64,000 nt of DNA from Anolis carolinensis (taxonomy: Eukaryota). Shown here in pieces: positions 40,007-51,000 of the stretch. Both the position numbers and the translations under genes were made by a program. The stretch is from positions 9,175,256 to 9,239,255 of the forward strand of contig NC_085842.1 of NCBI RefSeq assembly GCF_035594765.1, read 5' to 3'. The notes beneath the pieces were generated by a model. The model had not been told where the DNA came from. It saw only the letters and a program-made list of their open reading frames with translations, and searched no databases. Each line of letters starts with the position of its first letter. Position 1 is the stretch's first letter.

Positions 40007-41112
40007 TTAGCCTGTATGTGTTCTCTGGTGCTGGTTAAGGGCTGAACTCTGAGTAAAACATTTCCCACACTCCTGGCATTGGTATGGCTTCTCTCCTGTG
40101 TGGAGTCTTTTGTGGCTCACCAAGGCTGTACTGGTAGTAAAACATTTCCCACACTCCTGGCATTGGTATGGCTTCTCTCCTGTGTGGAGTCTTTTGTGTT
40201 TCACCAAGTTTGAACTGGAAGCAAAACATTTCCCACACTCCTGGCATTCGTATGGCTTCTCCCTCGTGTGGAGTCTTTTGTGTTTCACCAAGTTTGAACT
40301 GGAAGCAAAACATTTCCCACACTCCTGGCATTCGTATGGCTTCTCCCTCGTGTGGAGTCTTTTGTGTTTCACCAAGTTTGAACTGGAAGCAAAACATTTC
40401 CCACACTCCTGGCATTCGTATGGCTTCTCCCTCGTGTGGAGTCTTTTGTGGCTCACCAAGTCTGAACTGTAAGCAAAACATTTCCCACACTCCTGGCATT
40501 GGTATGGCTTCTCTCCTGTGTGGAGTCTTTTGTGCCTCACCAAGGCTGAACTGGTAGTAAAACATTTCCCACACTCCTGGCATTCGTATGGCTTCTCCCT
40601 CGTGTGGAGTCTTTTGTGTTTCACCAAGTTTGAACTGGAAGCAAAACATTTCCCACACTCCTGGCATTTGTATGGCTTCTCTCCTGTGTGGAGTCTTTTG
40701 TGGCTCACCAAGGCTGAACTGAAAGCAAAACATTTCCCACACTCCTGGCATTGGTGTGGCTTCTTTCCTGTGTGGAGTCTTTTGTGGCTCAACAAGGCTG
40801 AACTGGAAGCAAAATACTTCCCACACTCTTGGCATCTGTATGGTTCCTGACCTGTGTGAAATTTCTTGTGTTTCACCACACATTTTGCAGATACTTTCCC
40901 TTTAAGATGGCTTTTCCCAGCATCGGGTGTCTTGTGAAGCACAAGTGCCATATTTTGGGTAAAACACTGCCCACATACATTGCATTTGTCGGGCCTTTCT
41001 CTGGCAGAACCTCCATCTTCTCTGTGGGCTTGCTGGTCTCGACGAAAGGCCCAGTTGTGTCCCAAATGCTTCCTGTACTTGGTGCATACATGGCTCTTCT
41101 CCCCATTATCTA
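40007..41112 (-). CDS. Gene B2 terminal exon: 10 intact C2H2 fingers
   Basis: Acceptor ttcttcttcacag|, phase 1. The five exons sum to 1809 nt = 602 aa plus stop. Confidence 0.9.
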
Positions 41113-42336
41113 CTGTGAAGAAGAACAGAAACAATCATTCCTCAGTGTGAGTGATAAGGAAGTGGGATAAGAAGTGGACTGAAATGAGCCTCAAAACAAC
41201 ACAGACATGGAGGAAAAGAAGATATGCCTGTTGTCCTTTCCCCTCCCCTTCTTCAGTAAAGATGGACCCTGGTTGTCTGCCTGGAGCCTCTAAGAGAGAG
41301 ATGAGTAACATACGCTCCTGAGGCTCCCTGTTGCTCATTCCAGCCCGGTTTTTTATTCCGTCTCCTTCTCTCTGGGGAATGGATGCCTTTTCCCTTCACA
41401 TCCAAATGCTTGCCTTTTTCTCTAGCTTTAGACTTTACCAACTACCACCCATTTCACCATCCTTCCCTCCTTTTTCTTTCTCTCCCCCAATCCCAGTTCT
41501 CTCTTCCCATGCTCCCTTAAGGTTGTATTTTTCCGCTCCAACGTAGAAGATCCCATACCTAATTTCAGAGAACAGCAGAGTCTCGCTTATCCAACATAAA
41601 CTGGCTGGCAAAACATTGGATAAGTGAAAATGTTGGATAACAAGGAGGGATTAAGGAAAAGCCTATCAAAGGTCAAATTACATTATGATTTTAGAAATTA
41701 AGCACCAAAACATCATGTTTTACAACAAATTGACAGAAAAAGCGGTTCAATACATGGTAACATTATGGAGAAATCACTGTATTTACTAATTTAGCACCAA
41801 AACATCGCAATGTATTGAAACCATTGACTACAAAAGTGTTTACTACTAAAATTGACTATATAGAATTGCATAAACTAACACTGTTGGAAGTTAAATCCGT
41901 AAAAAGTTCAGTCTTGTGAAGATTTTTTTTAAAAAATCTGTGATCCTTGCCTGCTTTTCTGACAATTGCTGTTTCTCCGCTGCCAAGTCTCGCCATCTTT
42001 GCAGCATAATTTTGTCAGTCCCTGTCGCTTCTTGTTGTTGCTCGATGTGTGTCATTGTGGTTTCTAGAACCCTAACCCTATCCTTGTGCAACATTCGGAG
42101 AGGCTTGACAGTTGATGCCTGATCATCAGTTTTTGTCGCCATCGTTACTGATAAGAGCAACAATTTCTTCATCCGTTATTTCATACTGATCGTCTTCGTT
42201 CATCCAACTTCCAACTTCTTACGAAGACGCATTCTCACATAGAATCATAGAATCATAGAATCATAGAATAGTAGAGTTGGAAGAGACCTCAAGGGCCATC
42301 TAGTCCAACCCCCCGCTAAGAAGCAGGAAATTGCAT

Positions 42337-45072
42337 TCAAAGCACCCCCGACAGATGGCCATCCAGCCTCTGCTTAAAAGCCTCCAAAGAAGGAGCCTCC
42401 ACCACGGCCCGGGGGAGAGAGTTCCACTGCCGAACAGCCCTCACAGTGAGGAAGTTCTTCCTGATGTTCAGGTGGAATCTCCTTTCCTGTAGTTTGAAGC
42501 CATTGTTCCGTGTCCTAGTCTGCAGGGCAGCAGAAAATAAGCTTGCTCCCTCCTCCCTATGACTTCCCCTCACATATTTGTACATGGCTATCATGTCTCC
42601 TCTCAGCCTTCTCTTCTGCAGGCTAAACATGCCCAGCTCTTTAAGCCTCTCCTCATAGGGCTTGTTCTCCAGACCCTTAATCATTTTAGTTGCCCTCCTC
42701 TGGACGCTTTCCAGCTTGTCAGCATCTCCCTTCATCTGCGGTGCCCAAAACTGGACACAGTATTCCAGGTGTGGTCTGACCAAGGCAGAATAGAGGGGGA
42801 GCATGACTTCCCTGGATCTAGACGTTATTCCCCTATTGATGCAGGCCAAAATCCCATTGGCTTTTTTAGCTGCCGCATCACATTGTAGGCTCATGTTTAA
42901 CTTGTTGTCCACGAGGACTCCAAGATCTTTTTCGCACACACTGCTGTCAAGCCAGGCGTCCCCCATTCTGTATCTTTGATTTCCATTTTTTCTGCCGAAG
43001 TGAAGTATCTTGCATTTGTCCCTGTTGAACTTCATTTTGTTAGTTTTGGCCCATCTCTCTAGTCTGTCAAGATCGTTTTGAATTCTGCTCCTGTCTTCTG
43101 GAGTGTTAGCTATCCCTCCCAGTTTTGTGTCGTCTGCAAACTTGATGATCGTGCCTTCTAACCCTTCGTCTAAGTCATTAATAAAGATGTTGAACAGAAC
43201 CGGGCCCAGGACGGAGCCCTGCGGCACTCCACTTGTCACTTCTTTCCATGATGAAGACGACGCATTGGTGAGCACCCTTTGGGTTCGTTCGCTTAGCCAA
43301 TTACAGATCCACCTAACCGTAGTTTTGTCTAGCCCACATTTTACTAGTTTGTTTGCCAGAAGGTCGTGGGGGACTTTGTCGAAGGCCTTACTGAAATCTA
43401 GATATGCTACATCCACGGCATTCCCTGTATCGACCCAACTCGTAACTCTATCGAAAAAAGAGATCAGATTAGTCTGGCATGACTTGTTTTTGGTAAATCC
43501 GTGTTGACTATTAGCAATGACCGCATTTGTTTCTAAGTGTTTGCAGACCACTTCCTTAATGATCTTTTCCAGAATCTTGCCTGGTATTGATGTGAGGCTG
43601 ACCGGACGGTAATTGTTTGGGTCGTTCTTTTTTCCCTTCTTGAAGATAGGGACCACATTCGCCCTCCTCCAATCTGCTGGGACTTCTCCTGTTCTCCAAG
43701 AACTCTCGAAGATGATTGCCAGTGGTTCTGAAATAACTTCCGCTAGTTCCTTCAATACTCTTGGATGTAGCTGATCTGGCCCTGGGGACTTGAATTCGTT
43801 TAGAGTGGCCAGGTGTTCCTGGACAACTTGTTTCCCTATTTGGGGTTGGATTTCCCCCAATCCTTCGTCCATTCCATGTTGCTGAGGTTGAAGATGGCTT
43901 TGTTTTTGTGAGAAGACCGAGGCAAAGAAGGCATTAAGCAGTTCTGCCTTTTCCCTATCCCCTGTCACCATCACCCCATCTACTCCTTGCAGTGGCCCTA
44001 TCGCCTCCTTTTTCTTCCTTTTTCTACCAACATAAGCAAAAAAGCCTTTTTTGTTGTTTTTTATGTCCCTGGCAAGCCTGAGCTCATTTTGCGCTTTAGC
44101 CTTGCGAACCTTTTCCCTACAGGAGTTGGCTATACGTTTGAATTCTTCTTTGGTGATTTCTCCCCTTTTCCACTTCTTGTGCATGTCACTTTTGAGCTTT
44201 AGCTCAGTTAGAAGTTCTTTGGACATCCATTCTGGCTTCTTTGCACTTGTCTTATTTTTCTTCTTTGTTGGCACTGTTTGCATTTGCGCCTTGAGTATTT
44301 CACTTTTGAAAAACTCCCATCCATCCTTAACTCCCTTGTTTTTTAATATCGGCGTCCATGGAATGCCGCTCAGTAATTCCTTCATTTTTTGGAAGTCAGC
44401 TCTCTTAAAGTCCAGAATGCGTGTTTGACTTGTCTTAGTTTCAGCATTCCTTTGTATTGCAAACTGCAGGAGCACATGGTCACTTGCCCCTAAGGATCCA
44501 ACCACTTCAACTGTATTGATCAGGTCTTCCACATTTGTTAAGATTAGATCAAGAGTTGCTGATCCCCTTGTTGCCTCTTCTACCTTCTGGACCATAAAAT
44601 TATCTGCAAGGCAAGTGAGGAATTTGTTGGACTTTGTACTCTTGGCTGAGTTTGTTTTCCAGCAGATATCGGGATAATTGAAATCGCCCATGACTACTAT
44701 ATCTCTTCTTTGTGCCTGTTTGGTCAGCTGTTGACAGAAGGCTTCATCAAGTCCTTCATCCTGACTCGGAGGTCTGTAGTAGACACCCACGACAAGATCT
44801 TTTTGAGTCCCGGTTCCCTTGATTCTTATCCAGATGCTTTCAAGCTGGTTTCCCGGATTACAGTCTTGCATTTCTTCTGCAACGTAACTGTTTTTGACAT
44901 ATAAAGCTACTCCCCCTCCTCTCCCCTTTGTTCTATTTCTGTGAAAGAGGTTATAGCCCTCAATGGTTAAATTCCAGTGATGGGAGTCATCCCACCAGGT
45001 TTCAGTGATGCCTATGACATCGTATGTGTGGTGCTGTGCTAGGAGTTGGAGTTCGTCTTGCTTATTTCCCAT
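42337..45072 (-). CDS. CR1 ORF2: APE endonuclease + reverse transcriptase (frame is open upstream to at least 45273)
   Basis: [36 protein letters not shown]; 911 aa from the first Met with no stops. Confidence 0.95.
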   Translation of the reverse strand: MGNKQDELQLLAQHHTYDVIGITETWWDDSHHWNLTIEGYNLFHRNRTKGRGGGVALYVKNSYVAEEMQDCNPGNQLESIWIRIKGTGTQKDLVVGVYYRPPSQDEGLDEAFCQQLTKQAQRRDIVVMGDFNYPDICWKTNSAKSTKSNKFLTCLADNFMVQKVEEATRGSATLDLILTNVEDLINTVEVVGSLGASDHVLLQFAIQRNAETKTSQTRILDFKRADFQKMKELLSGIPWTPILKNKGVKDGWEFFKSEILKAQMQTVPTKKKNKTSAKKPEWMSKELLTELKLKSDMHKKWKRGEITKEEFKRIANSCREKVRKAKAQNELRLARDIKNNKKGFFAYVGRKRKKKEAIGPLQGVDGVMVTGDREKAELLNAFFASVFSQKQSHLQPQQHGMDEGLGEIQPQIGKQVVQEHLATLNEFKSPGPDQLHPRVLKELAEVISEPLAIIFESSWRTGEVPADWRRANVVPIFKKGKKNDPNNYRPVSLTSIPGKILEKIIKEVVCKHLETNAVIANSQHGFTKNKSCQTNLISFFDRVTSWVDTGNAVDVAYLDFSKAFDKVPHDLLANKLVKCGLDKTTVRWICNWLSERTQRVLTNASSSSWKEVTSGVPQGSVLGPVLFNIFINDLDEGLEGTIIKFADDTKLGGIANTPEDRSRIQNDLDRLERWAKTNKMKFNRDKCKILHFGRKNGNQRYRMGDAWLDSSVCEKDLGVLVDNKLNMSLQCDAAAKKANGILACINRGITSRSREVMLPLYSALVRPHLEYCVQFWAPQMKGDADKLESVQRRATKMIKGLENKPYEERLKELGMFSLQKRRLRGDMIAMYKYVRGSHREEGASLFSAALQTRTRNNGFKLQERRFHLNIRKNFLTVRAVRQWNSLPRAVVEAPSLEAFKQRLDGHLSGVL

Positions 45073-45263
45073 GCTCTGAGCATTAGTGTAAAGACATGTA
45101 AGCCCCTGTGACCTCCCCTCGAACTGTTTATTTGGGATTATTGTGCTCTCTGTACTTGGTCCTTGCTGTGTTTGTGCAGCCCTCCGTTTAGCCTTACGGC
45201 GGTTCCCTGTGGTCGTGGGTAATATAGTGTTCGCCAGGCTGTTGTTCCCCTCCCCCAGTGGAT

Positions 45264-46535
45264 TTAGTTTAAAGTGCGCCTGATGAGGTTTGTGAGTCTG
45301 TGTGCAAAAAGATGTTTTCCTACTTGTGTGAGATGCACCCCATCGCTTGCCAGTAGTCCATCCTCTTGGAAGAGTAGACCATGGTCAAGGAAGCCAAAAT
45401 GCTCCTCTTGACACCATTTTCTGAGCCAGTTATTGACCTGTACTATTTTTCCGGCCCTTGTAGAGCCATGTCCTACAACGGGGAGGAGGGATGAAAAGAT
45501 CACATGTACATTATACAGTTTTAGCTTTGTTCCCAGAGCTCGAAAATCATTTGTGATCTTTTGAAAAGTATGCCTAGCGGTGTCATTGGTACCTACATGA
45601 ATCAACATAAGGTGGGGAGGGTGATGGGGCTTTAGGAGCCTGCTGAGCCTCTGAGTGATATGGTGTATTTTTGCCCCCGGGAGGCAGCATGTTTCTCGAG
45701 CCATCCCATCCGGTCTGGAAATGATGGCTTCCGTTCCTCTAAGGAGGGAGTCACCTACTACCAAGACCTGTTTCCTTTGAGGATTGACAGGGTCCCTTTT
45801 GTGCAAGACAGTGTGTATGTCCCCTGAAGAGTGTTCCTGTTGAAGTGAATCATGTAGGTGTAAAGTGTTGTCCTCCTCCTCAACATCCCCAGTGCATTCA
45901 TCAATGACAATCCATTGAGATACATCCGAGAGCCCATTACTCTCCCAAGGATGTTCCTGTTGCTCCTGGTCTATGATTGGGGATGGAGCATTTGCATGAT
46001 TACATAAGTGTGACTGTGGTGATGCACTGTCCCTGTCAGGGCTATCCCCTGCGCATTGATCCAGGATGGTCCACTGAGTGGTATCTAAGAAACTGTGGTC
46101 CTCCACAAGATGTGTTTCCTGATTGTATGTTAATGATGTAAGAATTTCAAATCTGTTGTGTAAATGCAGCTGAGCAGAGGAGTTCTGCGGAGGCTGCCTG
46201 GTCCTGCGTCTCCTTCTATGGGTGACCTCCTTCCAAGCCTGAGGGTTGTCTACCTTTGAGTTGATCTCCCCATAAGGTTCCTGATCATGGTCTTGGTGGT
46301 GTTGGTGTGATGCAGGCTGCTGATCTACAGCAGCGTGTTGTGCAGTGTCCAAGAAGAGCTCGAGTGCCTGAATGTCCTTAAGGGTCTTAATACGGTGCTC
46401 GAGCTGTTGGATCCTCTGCTCCATCAGAGTCATCTGTTTGCATTTGGAGCAGATGTAGTTGTCTAGTTTTTGTGTGAAAAAGCGGAACATGCGACAGCTG
46501 GTGCATGTGATGGGAATGTTTTGCTTTTGTTGCAT
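45264..46535 (-). CDS. CR1 ORF1: N-terminal Cys motif/coiled coil + SGNH esterase-like domain
   Basis: CTSC...CSKC and heptad repeats; VVGDSLL, HVGTND, DGVHL. Confidence 0.92.
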   Translation of the reverse strand: MQQKQNIPITCTSCRMFRFFTQKLDNYICSKCKQMTLMEQRIQQLEHRIKTLKDIQALELFLDTAQHAAVDQQPASHQHHQDHDQEPYGEINSKVDNPQAWKEVTHRRRRRTRQPPQNSSAQLHLHNRFEILTSLTYNQETHLVEDHSFLDTTQWTILDQCAGDSPDRDSASPQSHLCNHANAPSPIIDQEQQEHPWESNGLSDVSQWIVIDECTGDVEEEDNTLHLHDSLQQEHSSGDIHTVLHKRDPVNPQRKQVLVVGDSLLRGTEAIISRPDGMARETCCLPGAKIHHITQRLSRLLKPHHPPHLMLIHVGTNDTARHTFQKITNDFRALGTKLKLYNVHVIFSSLLPVVGHGSTRAGKIVQVNNWLRKWCQEEHFGFLDHGLLFQEDGLLASDGVHLTQVGKHLFAHRLTNLIRRTLN

Positions 46536-46689
46536 CTCTTGGTGAGCGTGGTGGCCAAGTGGGATCTTTGTACAGTTAAGTAATATGCACGCACTTTATG
46601 TGCAGACTGCAACAAACCACGTCTTTGTGTATTTGTTTATGCTGCTTTGTTTCCTGTATGTACTGCAAAGGATAGTTAGTAAAGGTGCC

Positions 46690-47367
46690 TTTCCCAGAAA
46701 CTCAATTAACAGGGGACAATGCCTGCTGTCAATCAACTTAAGTACCTGGCTCTCTTTCAACACAACAGTCACACAACAGTTAGACTTTGACCACAGGAGC
46801 CAAGCCCAAACTCAGTTTAAAATCTTAGCCAAATCTTAGCCAAATCCTACCTGAAGCCAGGGAGCAAAAATGTCCTCCTGCTTCCTCTGCTTCTGCGAGA
46901 ACCAACTGCCCTTCTGGGATCAGGCTCTGGCAGAAACTCACACTGGCAAATAAAGCTTTCCCAGAAACTCAATTAACAGGGGACAATGCCTGCTGTCAAT
47001 CAACTTAAGTACCTGGCTCTCTTTCAACACAACAGTCACACAACAGTTAGACTTTGACCACAGGAGCCAAGCCCAAACTCAGTTTAAAATCTTAGCCAAA
47101 TCTTAGCCAAATCCTACCTGAAGCCAGGGAGCAAAAATGTCCTCCTGCTTCCTCTGCTTCTGCTAGAACCAACTGCCCTTCTGGGATCAGGCTCTGGCAG
47201 AAACTCACACTGGCAAATAAAGCTTTCCCAGAAACTCAATTAACAGGGGACAATGCCTGCTGTCAATCAACTTAAGTACCTGGCTCTCTTTCAACACAAC
47301 AGTCACACAACAGTTAGACTTTGACCACAGGAGCCAAGCCCAAACTCAGTTTAAAATCTTAGCCAAA
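46690..47367 (-). repeat. CR1 5'UTR tandem monomers, 267-bp period, ~2.5 copies
   Basis: cagaaactcaattaacagggg recurs at 46695, 46962 and 47229; copies nearly identical. Confidence 0.92.
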
Positions 47368-48003
47368 TCTCACACCGAGGGACACACTGTACTAAGGGTA
47401 GAATGCTTTCTTCGGTTTCATCTGTGCTTTTCCTTCCCATAATCTCATCCTTACCTTTTCCTTCCCATAATCTCATCCTTACCTTCGCCTAACAACTTCT
47501 TCCAAGACCTGGCAATTGTTGGAGCCCTAACGTCAGTCCATGCCCTTGCAACCCAAGAGGCAACTTCCTTTACATGGATGTGTTTCCATTTTTCAATCCT
47601 GTCTTGCCCTTATTCTATTTCTTCTATCATTGCCCACAATAGCTTCCTGCGATCCATCGGTTGTCATACGGCGGTTACATTATGTGGAAGAAACATCGCC
47701 TTCATGTCCCCCTCTTGAAGCTCCTCTGCATCAGGGGGTGTCGGGGCATTAACTAGCAACAAAACCGCATTTCTGGGCAGGTCATTTTCTTTTAAAAATT
47801 TATCCATGGAAGGAACAAATTCCTTAGGGCTGGGCTGTAGCACAGCTGGTAAATCACCAGCAGTACTAAGATCTACCAACCGAAAGGTGGCCAGTTCGAA
47901 GCCCGGTTGGGGGTGAGCGCTCGACCTCAAGCCCAGCTCACTGTTTACCTAAGCAGTTCGAAAACAGTCTATGAGCTGTAAGTAGAGAAATTAGGTACCA
48001 TAC

Positions 48004-51000
48004 TGTCAGAACCCTGCTACTAGAGCCTGGATGTGGCTCTGAGTTTCAGGGTCACTGACATTGATAAGACACCTGCGTCCCAGGACTCGGAGGAGAAACG
48101 GCTGATGGACTTGGCGGGGAATTTGCGCGGGGTTTTACTGAGCGGGAAGAGACTGTTCAAATGAGGGGGAGGGTATATAAAGGAGGGTTGGCCGGAGCCT
48201 CCCATTCTTGGCTTTTCTGATGTTCATGTTTCCTACAGTAAAAGTTCCTGGTGATACCACAGAGAGTCTCGTGTGTTCATTCAGGAGCGGCTGTGGTGAG
48301 CTGACACTAAGCCAAGAATACGGACACCATCCCGCTGTAGCGGTGAGGTGTAACATGCAAGTGGAGGATGAAGAGCTCTTGGGCGCCGGAGGAGGAAGGT
48401 CGGAAAGGGCCACTCCCGAGCCGGACGCTGAGTTCCACCAGCTGGCGGCCCTGGCGTCATCCACCGCTTATGCCCAGCCAAATGGGGTAACCCAGAGGCG
48501 CGGAGTGGTGCGGGGAGATAGCACCGGAGGAGAGGAAGGTTCACCTTCCCCAGGCCCGCAAAAGATGGTGTTTCTGGAGGAGAGGATGTCGGCGATGGAG
48601 ACCACCCTGGCAGTGATGTCGAGGGCGATGGAGCGCCTGGCGGTTTTGGCGGAGCCGGAGCGAGGAAGGGAACTCCGGGCTAGCTCAATGTGGGACGTGA
48701 GCATGGGAAGCAGCCAGGGCTTTGCAGACCTCCCAGCACCTAAGGGAAGGGAAATGCGAAAGGAGCCCGGTGCCCGGCCCAAGATCCAAACGAGCCTGAC
48801 GCGGGTGGAGGAGAGTGACGACGAAGGGGAAAAGCCTCCGAGAATCCCGGCTACGCTCCCAACTGAGACCCTGGTGCCCCTGGCGAATGCCGGGCGTGGC
48901 ACAGGACAAAGGGAAGCAGCAGCGGGGCCCACTGGCCCGCAAGGGGGCTTGCGACGGGCGGAGAATTGGGGATTGCCACCACAGGGACCCCTACCGAGAC
49001 GAGAGGAACTAAGGATCGAGTTTGGGGGAGAGTCCTCTGAACTGGATTTTTTCCTGACCACGGTGAGGGGCTATATGGAGGACAATGCCCACACTTTTAG
49101 AACGGAATCCAGCCGGGTACGGGCCATTGGTGCAGTGTTGAAGAGGGGAGCGGCCAGCTGGTACGTTCAACTACACGCGCGGCGCGACCCATGTCTGGGG
49201 TCACTCCGACGCTTTATGGGGGCCCTGGAGACCCGTTTCCGAGATCCACTGGAGCAGATCCGGGCGAGGGAGGAGTTGAAGACCGTCTCCCAGGGGCAGA
49301 GGTCGGTATCTGAGTATGCGGAGGAGTTCCAATGCCTCGCTGAAAAGGTGCCGGAATGGTCTGCAGTGACAAAGATAGAACTCTTCAAAGAGGGGCTCAG
49401 GCGGGAGATCCTCTCCTGGGCGGTGCATCGTGATGAGCCTGACACACTGCGCGGATGGATTCAGCTGGCGGGGCGCATCGAGACATCGCTGGCCCAGGCG
49501 AGGAGGCACCGAGGAGGGCTACAGCAGCGGCCGCAGATGAAAGAGGGGAGCCGGAAGGAGGGATCAACCCCAGCCGGGAGGAGAACGGAGCCGACAGGGA
49601 ACGTGAGCACCAGCAGGAGGGGCTGCTTCGTGTGCGGCCGTTTGGGCCACAGGGCTGCCGAGTGCTGGCAGAGAAAAGGGGAAGGCGGAGGCCCGCCCAA
49701 ACCAAGAGCCGTGGCAGGGAAACGCGCCGAGGAAGAACCACCGATGAGGCACCACTCGGGGGGGTTGGTAAGTCAGGACAAAGCCATGATAGTGGTCCCC
49801 ATTCAGCTGGAAAGTGGCAGCAAACAAGCAACCTGCAAAGCATTTGTGGATTGTGGATGTTCCAGGAACATCATCTCCCCTGAATTAGCCGAGGGATTGG
49901 GATGCGAAAGAACGAACCTAGAATCCCCAATAGCTTTTTCGCAGTTGGACGGATCCACAGCATCGGGATCATTAGCTAAGTACAGTGCCGAAGATGTAAA
50001 GTGTAAGATAGGGAGTTGGGAAGGAAAGGTGTCATTTGTGATATCACAAATAGCCAGCTATAATGTTATACTAGGCATGCCATGGCTGGGGCAGGCCAAC
50101 CCGCAAATCAACTGGGAGGATAAGAGCATGATCTTCAGGATGAAGTTGGAAGGAGGGAGCCAGGAAGTGGAAAGGGAGCCGGGGAAAAGGGGGGAGGAAG
50201 ACTCTATCAGGATAGCAGAACTGGCAGATAAATTACCCCCAGAGTATCGGGATTTTGTGGACGTATTTGATGAGAAGGAAGCAGACAGTTTCCCACCGAA
50301 GCGGAGAGTTGAAGTGAAGATAGAGCTAGTCCCAGGAGCAGAGCTTCCTAAGGCAAAAATATACCCAATGTCGGCTAGGGAAAAGGAGGAACTGAGAAAA
50401 TACATTGATAAAAACCTAGCGAGGGGTTTCATAGAGCCTTCAAATTCCCCTCTAGGGGCGCCTGTGTTGTTCAGGCGCAAAAAGGACCAAACGCTGAGGC
50501 TCTGCATTGACTACAGGGGCCTGAATGCAATCAGTTCTGGAAATAAATACCCCCTACCTTTAGTGAAGGACTTGATCGCCCAGTTATCGGAGGGACAGAT
50601 ATTCACTAAATTGGACTTAATTGAAGCGTACCATAAATTGCAGATTAAACCAGAGGACAGGTGGAAGACGGCCTTCTCCTGTGCATTCGGATTATTCAAT
50701 TATCGTGTGCTCCCTTTCGGTTTGTGCGGCGGAGGCGCCGCGTTCATGCAATTAATCAACGAAGTGTTGCATCCATTGTTGTACAAGGGAGTCTTTGTTT
50801 TTTTAGATGACATATTGTTAGTATCTCGGACTAAGGAGCAACACATAGAACTAGTCAGGGAAGTCCTGCAAAAGTTGAGAGAAGCAAAACTGTATGCGAA
50901 GCTTGCCAAGTGCGAGTTCAATAAAGACCAGATAGACTTTCTGGGGTATAGGATTTCCTCCCAGGGAGTGGCGATGGACCCTGCGAAGGTAGAAGACGTG

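Larger units (their letters stand above)
42240..47367 (-). mobile_element. Full-length, apparently intact CR1 LINE; unit 2 only
   Basis: Two intact ORFs, (ATTCTATG)n tail, TSD TCTCACA at 42233-39 and 47368-74. Confidence 0.95.
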
